DNA of 64,000 nt, from contig CM075995.1 of assembly GCA_038087875.1 (NCBI GenBank), forward strand, positions 372,001 through 436,000, given 5' to 3'. Within the stretch, counting starts at the first letter, position 1; each line of letters begins with the position of its first letter. Positions 62,615-64,000 of the stretch are shown here, piece by piece. The notes beneath the pieces were generated by a model that ran no database searches, was not told the DNA's origin, and was given only the letters and a program-made list of their open reading frames with translations. The translations under genes and the position numbers were made by a program. Source of the DNA: Malacoraja senta (taxonomy: Eukaryota).

Positions 62615-63465
62615 TTGGACACGCTAGAGGCAGGAAACATGTTCCCGAAGTTGGGGGAGTCCAGAACCAGGGGCCACAGTTTAAGAACAAGGAGTATGCC
62701 ATTTAGAACGGAGACGAGGAAACACTTTTTCGCATGGAGAGTGGTGAGTCTGTGGAATTCACTGCCTCAGAGGGCGGTGGAGGCTGGTTCTCTGGACGCT
62801 TTCAAGAGAGAGCTAGATAGGGCTCTTAAAAATAGCGGAGTCAGGGGATATGGGGAGAAGGCAGGAACGGGGGGGTACTGATTGTGGCCCCTGGTTCTGG
62901 ACTCCCCCAACTTCGGGAACATGTTTCCTGCCTCTAGCGTGTCCAAACCCTTAACAATCTTATATGTTTCAATGAGATACCCTCTCATCCTTCTAAACTC
63001 CAGAGTGTACAAGCCCAGCCGCTCCATTCTCTCAGCATATGACAGTCCCGCCATCCCGGGAATTAACCTTGTAAACCTACGCTGTACTCCCTCAATAGCA
63101 AGAATGACCTTCCTCAAATGAGGGGACCAAAACTGCACACAATACTCCAGGTGTGGTCTCACTAGGGCCCTGTACAACTGCAGAAGGACCTATTTGCTCC
63201 TATACTTAACTCCTCTTGTTATAAAGGCCAACATGCCATTCGCTTTCTTCACTGCCTGCTGTACCTGCATGCTCACTTTCATAGACTGATGAACAAGGAC
63301 ACCCAGATCCCGTTGTACTTCCCCTTTTCCCAACTTGATGCCATTTAGATAGTAATCTGCCTTCCTGTTTTTGCTACCAAAGTGGATAACCTCACATTTA
63401 TCTGCATTAAACTTAATCTGCCCACTCCCCCAACCTGTCCAAGTCAACCTGCATTCTCATAGCAT
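62615..63465. mobile_element. CR1/HER1-like LINE with inverted 3' segment
   Basis: 62615-62882 is plus, 62883-63465 is minus. A 64-bp segment is present in both orientations. Confidence 0.88.
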
Positions 63466-64000
63466 AGAAAAATGGACAGTAGAGGCATATGGGCTAAACG
63501 CAGGCAGGTGTGACTAGGGTAGATGGGAAAAGTTGGTCGGTGTAGGCAAGAGGGCCAAAGTGCCTGCTTCCTCGTTGTATAACTCTATGACTTCAAAGGC
63601 ATTTTTGCTTCCTCCTAACTAGCGGTATCTATGACAACTTTTTAATGGAAAGTTCACCAAATTTTTTGCAGTTACCAGACTTTACCAAATTCCAAAAGTG
63701 CACGAAAAAAAGATGAGCATCTGGTCCTGATGCTCTACTTTGTTTGATACAAAGAAAAATACGTAGGGATAGGTTCCACACAATAAGCGAGTTCGGTATT
63801 CCAAAAAACACAAGGAATCATGGGATTTGTCAAAGGTCACTCGCTATAAAGGAAAAGCGAACGAAGCGCTGGCTGTATGAACTATGTATAAATTCATATC
63901 TTTATTCATGATTTATGTGTAAAAATATATTTAATCTGAGGAGCGGGGGTGCCAGGCAGCGGTAGAGCGGGGTGTAACAGCAAGAGAGAGGGGGCAGATG

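Noticed and set aside
54268..64000. Search for the preceding KIF13 exon (FAFDYCFWSMD) here, and for the following exon (DNLGGNS) in 1-8255
   Set aside because: No matching sequence found by eye. They are probably outside the window, though a very short exon could have been missed.

Overview
Eukaryotic (vertebrate) genomic DNA, most likely a cartilaginous fish such as a skate or ray. That call is inferred from HE1-like V-SINEs sharing a 3' tail with HER1/CR1-like LINEs. The only host gene I can support is a kinesin-3 motor, most likely KIF13A (KIF13B not excluded), on the minus strand. Six internal motor-domain exons were read with GT-AG sites: 54175-54267, 51893-52073, 21825-21911, 13286-13420, 12188-12300 and 8256-8367. 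The gene's start and end lie outside the window. The exon at 21825-21911 is 1 nt short of keeping frame. The rest is intronic and mostly made of nested transposon fragments: CR1/HER1, Rex1/Babar-like and L2 LINEs, Penelope-like elements (GIY-YIG) with many short hammerhead-motif derivatives, an RTE-derived short element, HE1 and CORE-type SINEs, and Harbinger, hAT and Tc1 non-autonomous elements. Nearly all listed ORFs are transposon remnants or spurious. There are no CRISPR, rRNA or true tRNA genes. I found no clearly new protein-coding system. The most unusual items are RNA-structure and insertion-mechanism signals. Repeat coordinates are approximate; exon coordinates are read at base level.
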